Shown: positions 1 to 9,855 of the stretch, piece by piece
Layout: every line of letters begins with the position of its first letter
Numbering within the stretch: position 1 is the stretch's first letter
DNA from: a virus
Lineage: Duplodnaviria; Caudoviricetes
IMG/VR virus record: IMGVR_UViG_2974764813_000001
Location: 64,001-128,000 of that record
Reading direction: 5' to 3' (one strand)
Length of the DNA stretch: 64,000 nt
Notes under the pieces: model-generated
The model's input: only the letters and a program-made list of their open reading frames with translations
Database searches by the model: none
What the model was told of the DNA's origin: nothing
Position numbers and translations under genes: made by a program

Positions 1-1
1 G

Positions 2-553
2 GGCGTGCACTACCACCTGGTGCGCGACACCACACTGCGCGCGGGCAGCCCGCAAGAGGTCTCCGGCATCGAGTGGGAGGACGAGGGCCCGGCCAACGGC
101 ACCGAACTGACGCTGAGCTACGTCTACAACCAGGTCCCCGAGGTCATCTCGCACGTGATGAGCGCGACCAAGCAGGTCGGCTCCGACGTCATGGTGCACC
201 AGGCCAAGTTCGTCTACCTGCGGCCGTGCCTGTCCATCGAGTACGAGCGGGCCTACTCGGTGCAGTCGGTCAACTCCGCAATCGACATCCAGCTCAAGGG
301 CTTCTTCTCCAATCAGCCCTACGGCGCCCAGATGAAGCTGTCCTCGATTGCCCTGGTGGTCCAGCAGGTGCTCGGCGTGGCCAACGTCAAGGTCACCACC
401 AGCGCCGAGGCGCCCGACGACTACGGCGTCGAGGTCTACAACAGCGCCGAGGACCCCGCCCCGGCGCAGGTCTACACCGACGACTTCAAGCTCGACGACA
501 ACGCGCTGCCGATCTTCGTGGAGGCCACCATCCTGCGAAAGGCCACGCCATGA
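2..553 (+). CDS. Baseplate J-like (wedge) protein, C-terminal part; 5'-truncated by the window
   Basis: Frame open from the window start; C-terminal pattern YGAQMKLSSIALVVQQVLGVANVKV resembles baseplate J C-termini; followed by baseplate/tail genes. Confidence 0.65.
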   Translation, partial: GVHYHLVRDTTLRAGSPQEVSGIEWEDEGPANGTELTLSYVYNQVPEVISHVMSATKQVGSDVMVHQAKFVYLRPCLSIEYERAYSVQSVNSAIDIQLKGFFSNQPYGAQMKLSSIALVVQQVLGVANVKVTTSAEAPDDYGVEVYNSAEDPAPAQVYTDDFKLDDNALPIFVEATILRKATP

Positions 554-759
554 ACGAGACCCTCAATCAGTGCAAGGATTGCGGCCATTCATCACCGCCA
601 CGTAGCTGGTTGCGGGAGGGCAGCAACAAGTACTTCTGCACCGAAGTCACCGAAGGCACCCCGGAGTCGTACTTCCACACCCTGGCCAACAAATGGGTTG
701 TTCGCTGCCGGTGTGAGCACTGCGAGTGCAAAGACCTCGGTCCTGGACAGGGGCACTGA
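550..759 (+). CDS. Small Cys-rich (Zn-binding) hypothetical protein inserted in the baseplate operon
   Basis: ATGA overlap with upstream stop; CKDC...CRCEHCEC; fills the gap exactly. Confidence 0.6.
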   Translation: MNETLNQCKDCGHSSPPRSWLREGSNKYFCTEVTEGTPESYFHTLANKWVVRCRCEHCECKDLGPGQGH

Positions 760-761
760 TC

Positions 762-2111
762 ATGGCGACCCAGGCACCATTTCCGCTCATCGCGCCGCGC
801 TCCACCGAGCTGCGCATGGCGCACTTCGACGAGCAGATCTACAAGGGCGACTCCTCGACGCTGGTCTACAAGATCGTCGACGCGCTGTGCGGCACCGTCG
901 GCGCCGGAGCGCTCGTCAACGAGGCGCTGCTGGCCCGGCTGGGCGCCGCGCTGGAGACCATCTACTTCAACGAGCTCGACTTCATCTTCGGCAAGATGAG
1001 CTTCCTGTCGCGCTCCCCGGCCGAGAGCTACCCCTACAACCCGTCGCAGGACCTGCTCACCAGCGAGCAGTGGGACGAGGTGCGGGTCAAAGACGCCTGG
1101 TACCGCGCGCGCATCTCGGAGTTTTTCGCCGCTTGCAGTAAAGGGTCCACCCCCAACGGCATCCGCGCCTGCGTGCACGCCGCGCTGGCCGTGGACGCCG
1201 ACATCTACGAGGTGTGGCGCTACGTCGACAACTTCGGTATCACCGCCGACCTCGGCCGCGCCGAGACCTCCGCGCGCAACGAGGTCGTGGTGCGCCCGCA
1301 CAAGGACACGCTCAGCCCCGGCGAGATGCGCCTGCTGCGCGACATGCTCACCAAGATGGCCTCCATCGACACCCTGATCACGATCAAGCCCGAGGGCCTG
1401 GCCGTGCACACCCCGGTGCCGATCACCGGCGCCAGCGCCGACAGCACCTACTACGAGGTGCAGAAGATGGTCACCCCGACCCCGCTGCTCGACAACCTGC
1501 CCGCCCCGGACCTGCTGGCCATCGACCTGCTCACCACCGAGCAGTGGATGTTCTCCAAGGACCCCACGCTGGCGCCGTACGCGGCGTTCAACATCACCAG
1601 CGAGTACGGCTACTTCTACCTCGTCGGCGGCGGCACCCGCAGCCCCATCGACTCGGTCACCGCCGGAACGCTGCAGGCCGACGGCAGCGTGCGCCCGGAG
1701 GCCAACTTCGAGGTCTACGAGGAGACCGGCCAGTACACCGACTGGATCCCCTACGAGAAGGCCGACTCGCCGGACAACTACCCCGGCGGCAAATACGGCC
1801 TCACGCCGTACGAGGCCCCGGCCAAGAACCCCGACGGCTCGCCCTACACCTGGCGCTACGCCTCGCAGACGGCCTACGTGACGGCCAAGAGCGCCCAGGT
1901 CATCGCCATGGGCGGCATCGCCAACGCCGACCACTACAAGCTGCCGATCACCGCCGCCGCGCAGAACCGCCGACCGTACCTGCCCGAGTACGCCGTGGCG
2001 TTCTCCGCGCCCGCGCGTGACTCCACGGTGAGCTCGTCGCTGACCCGCCGCCGCGGTGTCACCGCCTCGCCGGAACGCCGCGACCCCGCCAACTTCGTGA
2101 GGGCCTCATGA
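762..2111 (+). CDS. Baseplate wedge-like structural protein
   Basis: Follows baseplate J; N-terminal LDFIFG...YRARI...KGSTPNGIR pattern typical of P2 gpI-like wedge proteins; strong GC3 codon bias. Confidence 0.6.
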   Translation: MATQAPFPLIAPRSTELRMAHFDEQIYKGDSSTLVYKIVDALCGTVGAGALVNEALLARLGAALETIYFNELDFIFGKMSFLSRSPAESYPYNPSQDLLTSEQWDEVRVKDAWYRARISEFFAACSKGSTPNGIRACVHAALAVDADIYEVWRYVDNFGITADLGRAETSARNEVVVRPHKDTLSPGEMRLLRDMLTKMASIDTLITIKPEGLAVHTPVPITGASADSTYYEVQKMVTPTPLLDNLPAPDLLAIDLLTTEQWMFSKDPTLAPYAAFNITSEYGYFYLVGGGTRSPIDSVTAGTLQADGSVRPEANFEVYEETGQYTDWIPYEKADSPDNYPGGKYGLTPYEAPAKNPDGSPYTWRYASQTAYVTAKSAQVIAMGGIANADHYKLPITAAAQNRRPYLPEYAVAFSAPARDSTVSSSLTRRRGVTASPERRDPANFVRAS

Positions 2112-5100
2112 CGACCTACCACAACGGCCTGTACTGGGACTTCCACTGGCCACTGGCGCTGCGAGAGCTGCTGGAGGAGGCCATCGGGCGCAACAAGTCC
2201 TCGCCCAACACCCCGACGGTCAACTCCGAGCCGTCGGTGCGCCAGTGGCTATCGCAGCCGCGGCCCAACGACGACCCCACCACCGACGTCATCAGCATCA
2301 ACTTCAAGCTGCTGCTGTCGGTCAGCGAGATCACCTTCGAGGCGCTGCGGGTGCCGGTGCGCATCGAAGTGTGGTACCAGGATCGGCTCAACAACTGGCG
2401 CCAGGCGCTGGACCGCAACCACATCCCGGTGGGCCTGACGCTGACCTCGTCGTCCTCGCGCGACGCCTGGTACAAGTACCACACCACGCTCACCCCGATT
2501 GTCGCCAAGTCGGTGCAGGTGCGGTTCACCCGCGTGCCCGACCCGGCGATGGGCACCGCGCCCTACTCGGTCGGCCTGCGCAACACGCTGCTGCGCCGCA
2601 ACGTCTACGACCGCAACGACGGCCGCATGCCCTTCGAGGACGAGCAGGACGCCCTGGGCAACGTGGTGGCCAAGTACATCAAGGACTGGGACGCGCCCAA
2701 GGCCATCGACGACAACGCGATGACGTTCTGGCGCAGCGCCCCGCAGCCCGACCACCAGGCCGTGGTCAACCTGCATCTGCAGACCCGCAACTTCGACGGG
2801 TCGCCGCAGTTCATCGACACCCTGGCCATCGACCCGGTCTACACCGGCCAGAACCTCAACATCTACTACAGCAACGACGAGACGGTCGGCACCCGCAAGC
2901 TCAGCCCGATCACGCTGCCGCCGGACGAGGACGTCAACACCGAGTGGCGCTCCGGCCGCGGGCGCTGGGACATCTCCACCGGCCCCGGCGGCACCAGCTC
3001 GTACCAGTTCCCGCTGGCCATCGGCCATCTCGTCTACGACGACGTGTGGATCGGCATGGAGTGGACCCCGGACTTCTCGGCCGAAGAGGGCCCGGCGGGC
3101 AACCCGGTGCTGCTCGCGGTGACGCCGGGCACCGACCAGCAGGGCCAGTACGCGCCGAAGATCACCTACGACTCCGGCGCCGCAGAGGTCGTGCTGACCC
3201 TCAGCGACGGCACCGACAGCAAGGAGTACCGCGTCGCGCTCTCGCCGCTGTTCGTCGCAGGGGACCCGCTGCGCATCGTGGTCGGCTGGCGCTACGAGCC
3301 CGACACCGTGTTCATCAGCGTGCGCAGGCGCAACGGTGTCGAACTGGCCCGGCTGGAAGACACCGACCCGGACCTGCCCGCCTACGTCACCCTCGACGGA
3401 TCGGTCGGCTTCAGCAACTTCCGCGGCCTGTTCACCAGCCACATCATCAAGCTCGAGGACTACACCGAGGGCGCCGAGGACTACCTGACCAACCCGTCGG
3501 TCTACGTCTCGCCGGACCCGGTCGTCCCCGACAACACCGGGGCGATCCCGTCGACCACGCTGGACAACGCCGTCTACGCGGTGGACTGGACGCTGCAAAC
3601 CCACGGCTCCGGCGGCACCGACGAGAGCCACTACAACGAGAAGACCTGGACGCCGATCTGGCGGGACTACACCACCGCCAAGGGCAAACTGTACTTCCCG
3701 CAGGCGATCTCGATGAAGTATCTCAAGCTGGAGTTCACCAACCTCACCGAGGAGCCCTACCCGGTCTACGACGTCGGGGTGCAGTCCACCTACCGGGTCT
3801 ACCCGGTATCAGTGCAGCAGACCGCCACCCAGCGCCATCCCGGCCTGCTCGGCGTCGGGCTGGGCGTGCTGGAACTGGGCGCGCAGCTGCTGCTCGGCGC
3901 CGTCGGCGTGGGCGGGGTGAACTGGCTCAATCCGTCATCGGTGAGCAAGGCCGTGGACGCGATCTTCGGCCAGACCGTCTCGCCGGTCACGGTGACCACC
4001 GGCACCCCGATCACCTACTCGGAGCTGCCTGCCTCACCGACCTCGGATCTGATCGACACCACCCGCACTGAGGCGGCCAACCCGTACATCTACCGGCGCG
4101 GCAGCACCGATCCTGCTGCGCTGGCCGGGAACTCGCTCATTGAGCTGGCCGGGCAGTGGGGGCAGGCCATCGGCCACACCTCGTCGGTGATCGCCAACGC
4201 CATCGGCGACTCGTTCACCCCGCTGGTCAACTACGTGCGCAACCCGACCGCGCTGCCGGTGCAGGGCCAGGACTGGTGGCTGTTCCCCGGCGGCACGCTG
4301 GCGCTGCCCGCGGCCATCATGAACGGGCTGACCGCGGCCACCCAGGTGGTGCTGGGCCGCAAGCCCACCACCGAGACCCGCATCCGCTTCACCACCACCT
4401 CGGTGCACCGCTACGACACCCGCACGGTCACCCGCGACGCGGCGCTGGCCTACTTCGCCGGGGTGCGTGAGGTGCGGGCGCTGTCGACGACCTACATCGC
4501 CGAGCAGGACCCTCCGGCTTTCGAGTTCAGCGTCTACGACCCGGCCAAGTGGGTGCTCACCAACGTTGCGCAGCTCGACACCGGCCCGATCACCACCGCG
4601 GGCAAGGTGTACGCCGTCAAGAACCCCGGCTTCGACCTGGACCTGACCAACTGGATCGTCGACCCCGATCAGGGTTGGACCCGCGACGGCACCCAGGGCC
4701 GCTGGCACTGGGGCTCGTTGAGCGTGCAGGCCGACGGCACCGAGAAGTTCGCGCACTCCTCGCTGATCGACGTCACCCCCGGCGAGCCGGTCACCTTCTC
4801 CTGCTGGGTGCGCTGGACAGACCTGGAGGCCGAAGACGGTGAGCCGGTCATCGTGCTCGGCGGCACCACTTTCCTCGATGGCGAAGAGGTCGCCGACGTC
4901 GAGATCGCGACCATCGAATTCGAGGACTACACCGAACACGCCTACAGCTTCGATCCCGACGAGGAGCTCGAGGAGGAAGAGGAACCCACGCTGAGCTGGG
5001 TGCGCCTGACCGGCACGTGGACCCCGCCCGATGGAGTGGACCAGGTGCGGCTGCGGCCGTCGGTCACCGAGCACATGGCCGCGGGCCAGGCGTGGTTCGA

Positions 5101-5956
5101 CACCTTCGGTGGGGTCTCGGCGGTCGACGTGACCGCCACGGCCTACAAGAACTTCATCACCACCAGCACGTTCTCCAAGGTGCGGTGCAACTTCCGCGAC
5201 TCGGGCCTGGTGCGTTCGGATGCGATGTGGGCGCGCGCGGATCCGAACAACACCAACATCGACAACCTCAAGCTGGCCTACTACGTCACCACCATCCCCG
5301 ACGGCATGCCCAGCGGCACCTGGGCCGACAACTTCGGCACCTGGGCCGACGACCAGATCACCTGGGGCTCGCCGCGGGCGCTGGTGGAGATCAGCATCGA
5401 CCCCAACCGCATCTTCGACGGCCGCCGGGCCCTGAAGATGCGCCGGGTGTCCGGCGCGGGTGAGGCCGGGATCAAGATGGTCCAGCAGACCAACTTCGTC
5501 GCTGACGCGCTGGTGCGGCCCTGCGTGGTGTTCTACAAGCCGCTGGCCAACACCAACCAGATCACCCTGCGCATCCGGCGGGTCTCCGACGGCGTCTACA
5601 TCCACGAGGAGACCATCGCCAAACCCGCGGTCGGCTACTGGTACACCCACGAGGGCCAGTTCGTCGAGGTGCCGCCCGGCGACGACCAGGTCTACACCCT
5701 GGAGGTCACCACCACCGGCGACGCCGAGGACGAGCTCTACATCAACGACGCCTACTGCGAGCTGGCGCACATCCGGTACTTCATGCGGCTCGGCGGGGCG
5801 GGGGAGTTCCTGCACGACGTCACCCCGCTGCGTTACGCCGACAGCGCCCAGGTTGTCACCACCACCCCGGTCAACGAGGTGACGGTGCAGGCGGCGATCC
5901 TGAGCCCGAAGGCATTCGCCTACTCGTGCGACGTCTTGCCTGCCTACTTGAAATGA
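2108..5956 (+). CDS. Large minor tail/baseplate protein with carbohydrate-binding-like beta-sandwich domains
   Basis: 1282 aa; KAIDDNAMTFWRS (discoidin-like) and KNPGFD...VTPGEPVTFSCWV...WVRLTGTWTPPDGV (CBM4/9-like) segments. Confidence 0.7.
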   Translation: MTTYHNGLYWDFHWPLALRELLEEAIGRNKSSPNTPTVNSEPSVRQWLSQPRPNDDPTTDVISINFKLLLSVSEITFEALRVPVRIEVWYQDRLNNWRQALDRNHIPVGLTLTSSSSRDAWYKYHTTLTPIVAKSVQVRFTRVPDPAMGTAPYSVGLRNTLLRRNVYDRNDGRMPFEDEQDALGNVVAKYIKDWDAPKAIDDNAMTFWRSAPQPDHQAVVNLHLQTRNFDGSPQFIDTLAIDPVYTGQNLNIYYSNDETVGTRKLSPITLPPDEDVNTEWRSGRGRWDISTGPGGTSSYQFPLAIGHLVYDDVWIGMEWTPDFSAEEGPAGNPVLLAVTPGTDQQGQYAPKITYDSGAAEVVLTLSDGTDSKEYRVALSPLFVAGDPLRIVVGWRYEPDTVFISVRRRNGVELARLEDTDPDLPAYVTLDGSVGFSNFRGLFTSHIIKLEDYTEGAEDYLTNPSVYVSPDPVVPDNTGAIPSTTLDNAVYAVDWTLQTHGSGGTDESHYNEKTWTPIWRDYTTAKGKLYFPQAISMKYLKLEFTNLTEEPYPVYDVGVQSTYRVYPVSVQQTATQRHPGLLGVGLGVLELGAQLLLGAVGVGGVNWLNPSSVSKAVDAIFGQTVSPVTVTTGTPITYSELPASPTSDLIDTTRTEAANPYIYRRGSTDPAALAGNSLIELAGQWGQAIGHTSSVIANAIGDSFTPLVNYVRNPTALPVQGQDWWLFPGGTLALPAAIMNGLTAATQVVLGRKPTTETRIRFTTTSVHRYDTRTVTRDAALAYFAGVREVRALSTTYIAEQDPPAFEFSVYDPAKWVLTNVAQLDTGPITTAGKVYAVKNPGFDLDLTNWIVDPDQGWTRDGTQGRWHWGSLSVQADGTEKFAHSSLIDVTPGEPVTFSCWVRWTDLEAEDGEPVIVLGGTTFLDGEEVADVEIATIEFEDYTEHAYSFDPDEELEEEEEPTLSWVRLTGTWTPPDGVDQVRLRPSVTEHMAAGQAWFDTFGGVSAVDVTATAYKNFITTSTFSKVRCNFRDSGLVRSDAMWARADPNNTNIDNLKLAYYVTTIPDGMPSGTWADNFGTWADDQITWGSPRALVEISIDPNRIFDGRRALKMRRVSGAGEAGIKMVQQTNFVADALVRPCVVFYKPLANTNQITLRIRRVSDGVYIHEETIAKPAVGYWYTHEGQFVEVPPGDDQVYTLEVTTTGDAEDELYINDAYCELAHIRYFMRLGGAGEFLHDVTPLRYADSAQVVTTTPVNEVTVQAAILSPKAFAYSCDVLPAYLK

Positions 5957-5998
5957 CCAGGGGTTCTAGGTGTATACTAGACAAACGCTGTTACAAAC
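5954..5998 (+). promoter_or_regulatory. Phased 11-bp array with TGACCAGG anchor and TAGACA hexamer
   Basis: TGACCAGG-GGTT|CTAGGTGTATA|CTAGACAAACG|CTGTTACAAAC. Confidence 0.6.
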
Positions 5999-6070
5999 GG
6001 CGTAGGCCAGCAGCCGGTTCCTGCGCATTGAGAGTCTGACCCCGTACTCAAGAAGCCGACAAACGGGGTT

Positions 6071-6103
6071 GGCCCGGCCGGACTACCCCCGGTCGGGCCT
6101 TTT
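6071..6103 (+). terminator. Intrinsic terminator
   Basis: GGCCCGGCCGG-ACTACCC-CCGGTCGGGCC-TTTT. Confidence 0.8.
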
Positions 6104-6110
6104 GGTATCC

Positions 6111-6170
6111 TGACCTGCCATTCTATACGAGTACTAGACAAAGATTACCGATAGTGGTAATCTACTGTCA
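6111..6170 (+). promoter_or_regulatory. SigA-like promoter (TAGACA-N17-TAATCT) within a phased array, overlapped by the inverted repeat AGATTACC-N6-GGTAATCT
   Basis: -35 at 6135-6140, TGG-TAATCT -10 at 6158-6163, ATG 7 nt downstream. Confidence 0.7.
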
Positions 6171-6204
6171 TGAAGGCAGGGTCCACCGAAAGGGGCTGAG
6201 GCGA

Positions 6205-6456
6205 ATGAGCAACAGGGTCGTCCAGTGCAAGCGCTGCGGAGACGTCAACGTCGCCTGGGTCAAGTCCAAGAGGACCGGCCGGTTCTACCTGGCGATGACA
6301 GCCGGTCGGGCACGGTCCTCGGGGGAGTCGCCCCAGGTGCTGTCTCACCGGCCGCACCAGTGCGATCCCGCTCGGGTCGAGCAGTTCCAGGCCGAGATCG
6401 CCGGATACGCGGCGGCTCGCGGCGTCACCGTCGAGGAATGGTGGCAAGGCAAGTGA
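6205..6456 (+). CDS. Small Zn-ribbon hypothetical protein
   Basis: CKRC...HQC; RBS AAGGGG upstream. Confidence 0.7.
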   Translation: MSNRVVQCKRCGDVNVAWVKSKRTGRFYLAMTAGRARSSGESPQVLSHRPHQCDPARVEQFQAEIAGYAAARGVTVEEWWQGK

Positions 6457-6482
6457 CCAAACCGATCAACAAGGAGGCGCCC

Positions 6483-6794
6483 ATGCCGAACACCACCACC
6501 AAGCGCATCGACGAGATCGTCGGCGACATCGCCAAGGCCAACGGCTGGAAGCGCAACACCACGGTCCTCGAAAGCGACGAGACCATCATCGAGACCTACG
6601 AACGCGGCGGTCAGGCCGTGCGGGTCGAGTACCAGTGGAGCGGCTCCCTGAACGACACCGGCTGGAAGATCTGCGAGATCGCCCACCGCGCGGAGGACGC
6701 CATCTACCGCCAGTGCGTCGGGTTCGACGGCGCCACCGGCCACAGCATGCTGGGCCTGGTGGTCCTGTGGCTGGCCAGCGAGGGGCGTGAGTGA
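6483..6794 (+). CDS. Hypothetical protein
   Basis: RBS AAGGAGG; coding bias. Confidence 0.7.
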   Translation: MPNTTTKRIDEIVGDIAKANGWKRNTTVLESDETIIETYERGGQAVRVEYQWSGSLNDTGWKICEIAHRAEDAIYRQCVGFDGATGHSMLGLVVLWLASEGRE

Positions 6795-6966
6795 TCCGAT
6801 GGCGAGACCAGATCCTGATGCGATCCTGCGCGAACTTCGCGAGATGGTGTCCGACAGCGACCCAGACAGCGCCGCGCGGTCGCGACGATACTGCGAGCTG
6901 ATCGGCGAGCTCGACGACTGGTTGAGCATCGGGGGAGAGTTGCCTGCGGACTGGCAGCACAACTGA
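6787..6966 (+). CDS. Small actinophage-type hypothetical protein
   Basis: DPDAILREL...LDDWLSIGGELPADW motif; tiles between neighbours. Confidence 0.6.
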   Translation: MSDPMARPDPDAILRELREMVSDSDPDSAARSRRYCELIGELDDWLSIGGELPADWQHN

Positions 6967-7190
6967 TGCCCTACACCGAAGTATTGCTCGACGCCTTCGC
7001 TCCGGCGTGGCGCCTGGCCAACTGCACCAACGAGAGCGGCACCTTCCTGCGGCCCGACTACCGCGCCGCGCTCGCCGAGGTCTGGGAGGACATTGTCGCG
7101 GCCGCCGGGGCGAAGCAGAAGGCACCCGAGGCGTGGATGAACCTCAATGTGGCCATGACGAAGAACGGCCCGGCCGAGATCAGTCGGTGA
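6966..7190 (+). CDS. Hypothetical protein
   Basis: TGATG coupling; coding bias. Confidence 0.6.
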   Translation: MPYTEVLLDAFAPAWRLANCTNESGTFLRPDYRAALAEVWEDIVAAAGAKQKAPEAWMNLNVAMTKNGPAEISR

Positions 7191-7530
7191 GCGCGTTGAC
7201 GGCGTCGACCCCGGCCTCGGTGAGGGTGCAGACCATGCGCTGCTTTCCGGTGCGCTCCGAACGCCGGGTGACCGGCTCGCCGTCGCGCACCACCTGGGCG
7301 ATCAGCCCGGTCTCCCGCAGGTCCGAGCACCGGCGGCGGTGGCCGTCGTCGATCAGGCTGAAGCCCGCCAGCGCCATGGCCTCCTCGTCGGTGAGTCCGT
7401 CGTCGAGCTTGAGCAGCGCCTCGGCGTAGGCACACAGCAGCGTGATGCGGATGGCCTCGCGCGCGGTGCTGTCGGACGCCGCCTCCTGACTGGTCTGCGG
7501 ATCGGTGGTACGAGCACTCAGTCCGGCCAC
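7180..7530 (-). CDS. Winged-HTH DNA-binding protein
   Basis: ARTTDPQTSQEAA...GLTDEE...RRRCSDL...G motif of a common phage wHTH family. Confidence 0.7.
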   Translation of the reverse strand: MAGLSARTTDPQTSQEAASDSTAREAIRITLLCAYAEALLKLDDGLTDEEAMALAGFSLIDDGHRRRCSDLRETGLIAQVVRDGEPVTRRSERTGKQRMVCTLTEAGVDAVNALTD

Positions 7531-7904
7531 GCTGCCCTCCAGCAGTCCGTCTCCACGTCGTACTCGCCGATCCGGTAGATCACCGTGCGGTTGTCACCCT
7601 TGATCGTCAGCAGCCAGTTCTGAAAGCACGGCGATCCGGGCGGCGCGCTGCAGTCGTACTCGCCTGGGCCGTGCCCGCGGCTGCCGTGACCCTCCTCGGG
7701 CCTGCGCAGGCTGACGAACGGATGGTCGATCACGCCGCCGTCGCGCACCTCGCTCCAGGCGTCCCACAGCAGCTGGTGAGTGACCATCGTCGTCGGGTCG
7801 GCGTGGTTGACGTGCAGGACTTCGCCCTTGGTCGGGTCGCGGTAGCGCAAAATCCGGCAGACGCCGGTCTCGCCGCCACCGACGTTGCGCAGCTCGATGC
7901 TCAT
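7518..7904 (-). CDS. Hypothetical protein
   Basis: ATGA overlap with helicase stop; MSIELRNVGG... Confidence 0.65.
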   Translation of the reverse strand: MSIELRNVGGGETGVCRILRYRDPTKGEVLHVNHADPTTMVTHQLLWDAWSEVRDGGVIDHPFVSLRRPEEGHGSRGHGPGEYDCSAPPGSPCFQNWLLTIKGDNRTVIYRIGEYDVETDCWRAAWPD

Positions 7905-9805
7905 GCAGGGCCTCTCAGCAGGTTGTAGGCGTCGACTTTCTTCTCGGCGGCCTCTTCGTGCTCGCCGTAGGACAGCACCTCGCGGGCACCGGTGGTGGCC
8001 TCGACGAGCTTGCGGTCGGACATCATGCCGCGGTAGATCCGGTCTTCCACGGTGCCGTCGGTGACGTAGATGTAGCTGGTCAGCCCGTCGAGGTGGCTGT
8101 CGGCGCGGTCGATGCGCGCGTTGCGCTGCATGACCTGGTCGTAGGTGAACGGGCACTCGTAGTTGATGACGTAGCGGCACATCTGCATGTTCAGGCCGTA
8201 GGCCCCGGCGTCCGAGGACAGGAACAGCGGGATGTTGGGATCCTCGGCGAACTTCACCTGGGCCTCGTAGCCCTGCTTGTCGGTCATGCCGACGCCGTAG
8301 TGCTCGACGAAGGGGATCTTGCGGCGCTTGAGCTCGGCGGTGAGCAGGTGCAGCGTCATCGTGGTCCACTTCGTGAACGCGATGGCCTTGTCCCCGGCCT
8401 CCCAGATGGACTGCACCTTGTCGCAGAACATCTCGACCTTCGAGCTGTTGGCATTGGTGATGAGCTCGGGGTACTCCGCGGCCAGCTGGCGGCCGATCTC
8501 GTTCTCGGTGATCGCCAGCGCGGCCGGGCCGTTGCAGATGTAGCGCGCGATCTGCAGGTGCTGGGCGCAGGGTTCCTCGCGCGCCTTGGCCTCGTCGACG
8601 AGATCCATCAGCGCGTCGTAGAGCCGCCGGTCCTCGTCGGACATCTGCACGCGCTCGACCAGGACGTCGAGGCCCTTGAAGTTCTCCCGCACGCCGGGGT
8701 CGGTCTTGCGGGCGTTCTGGGTGCAGTGCGCGACACGGTGGCGCACCTCCTGGAGCCGGTCGTGGTCCCAGCTGTAGTGGGTGACGTCGAAGCGGCCGCC
8801 GTTCTTTGCCTTGAAGGTCATCGTGCGCTTCTTCGAGACGTAGCGGTCCTCGAATTCCTTCTTGGTGCCCAGCGGGTTGCCGGTGCGGCGCTGGCCCAGG
8901 CCGAGCTGGTAGGTGTCGCGGTAGCGGAACGGACTGTGGTTGACCACCGAGGCGCTCATCGGCCACACGACGGCCTCGCAGGTGTCCATGACCTTCTCGA
9001 TGGCCTTGCGCACCTTGGTCTGGCCGCCGTCGGTGAGGATCACCTGGGCCTCGTCGAACACGAACAGGGTGCGGCGGCCGCCGATGCGCTCGACGATGGC
9101 GTCGTAGTCCCACAGCATCTTGTCGGGGTTGTTGACGAAGACCTGGATGCTCGGGTCGGCCAGGCGCTTGCGGCGCTGCATGGCGGTGCCGTCGTTGACC
9201 ACCGCGTTGAGCGGGGTGGCCCGCAGGAAGAAGTCGCGCATGTTGTACTTCAGCTTGCGCAGGGTGAACACGAAGGCCAGGTCGACGATGCCGCGATTGA
9301 ACAGCTCCAGGGCGCCCGAGGAGCACGCCGCGCTCTTCCCGGCGCCCGCGCCCCAGCCGAAGAACATCTTGCGCTCGGCGTTGCTGCCGGGATTGACCGC
9401 ACGCTCCAGGGCCCGGTTGATCGTGAAGCGCTGGTAGTCGAACAGCTCGGAGGGCGAGCCGTCGCCGCGCAGCAGGGTCAGCCCCTCGATGTGCAGCGGA
9501 GCCATCCAGCGCTCGTAGTCGGCGAGCAGCTTCTCACAACTGGGAGCGAACAGCGGGACGTAGCCGTCCTCCTCCAGCTGTGCCACGAAGTAGCGCAGCA
9601 TGAACTGCTCGTTGAGGATCAGGTAGCGCGAGAGCCATTCTTCATACCGCTCGAAGAACATCTGCTCGTGCTGCATCGGCTGAAAAACCAGCTGATCCGG
9701 CCAATCCGGGCTCTGTTCCACCACGACGAGCCGACCCAAAATGTTGGGGTCGGTGTCGACGAGGTGCCCTAGATCTTGCTCCAGGTTGCGAAGTACTGGG
9801 TACAT
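7901..9805 (-). CDS. SNF2/SF2-family DNA helicase
   Basis: Walker A GAGAGKS, DEAQ box, motif III SAS, AGAYGLNMQ, QRNARIDR. Confidence 0.9.
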   Translation of the reverse strand: MYPVLRNLEQDLGHLVDTDPNILGRLVVVEQSPDWPDQLVFQPMQHEQMFFERYEEWLSRYLILNEQFMLRYFVAQLEEDGYVPLFAPSCEKLLADYERWMAPLHIEGLTLLRGDGSPSELFDYQRFTINRALERAVNPGSNAERKMFFGWGAGAGKSAACSSGALELFNRGIVDLAFVFTLRKLKYNMRDFFLRATPLNAVVNDGTAMQRRKRLADPSIQVFVNNPDKMLWDYDAIVERIGGRRTLFVFDEAQVILTDGGQTKVRKAIEKVMDTCEAVVWPMSASVVNHSPFRYRDTYQLGLGQRRTGNPLGTKKEFEDRYVSKKRTMTFKAKNGGRFDVTHYSWDHDRLQEVRHRVAHCTQNARKTDPGVRENFKGLDVLVERVQMSDEDRRLYDALMDLVDEAKAREEPCAQHLQIARYICNGPAALAITENEIGRQLAAEYPELITNANSSKVEMFCDKVQSIWEAGDKAIAFTKWTTMTLHLLTAELKRRKIPFVEHYGVGMTDKQGYEAQVKFAEDPNIPLFLSSDAGAYGLNMQMCRYVINYECPFTYDQVMQRNARIDRADSHLDGLTSYIYVTDGTVEDRIYRGMMSDRKLVEATTGAREVLSYGEHEEAAEKKVDAYNLLRGPA

Positions 9806-9855
9806 ACTGTCATCAGACTACACCGATTCTAGAACTTCCATAAGTGGAAGCGAGA

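Noticed and set aside
6005-6103. Known riboswitch or ribozyme (preQ1, SAM-II, hammerhead, HDV, pistol)
   Set aside because: Conserved cores of these families were not found by eye; kept only as a novel candidate.
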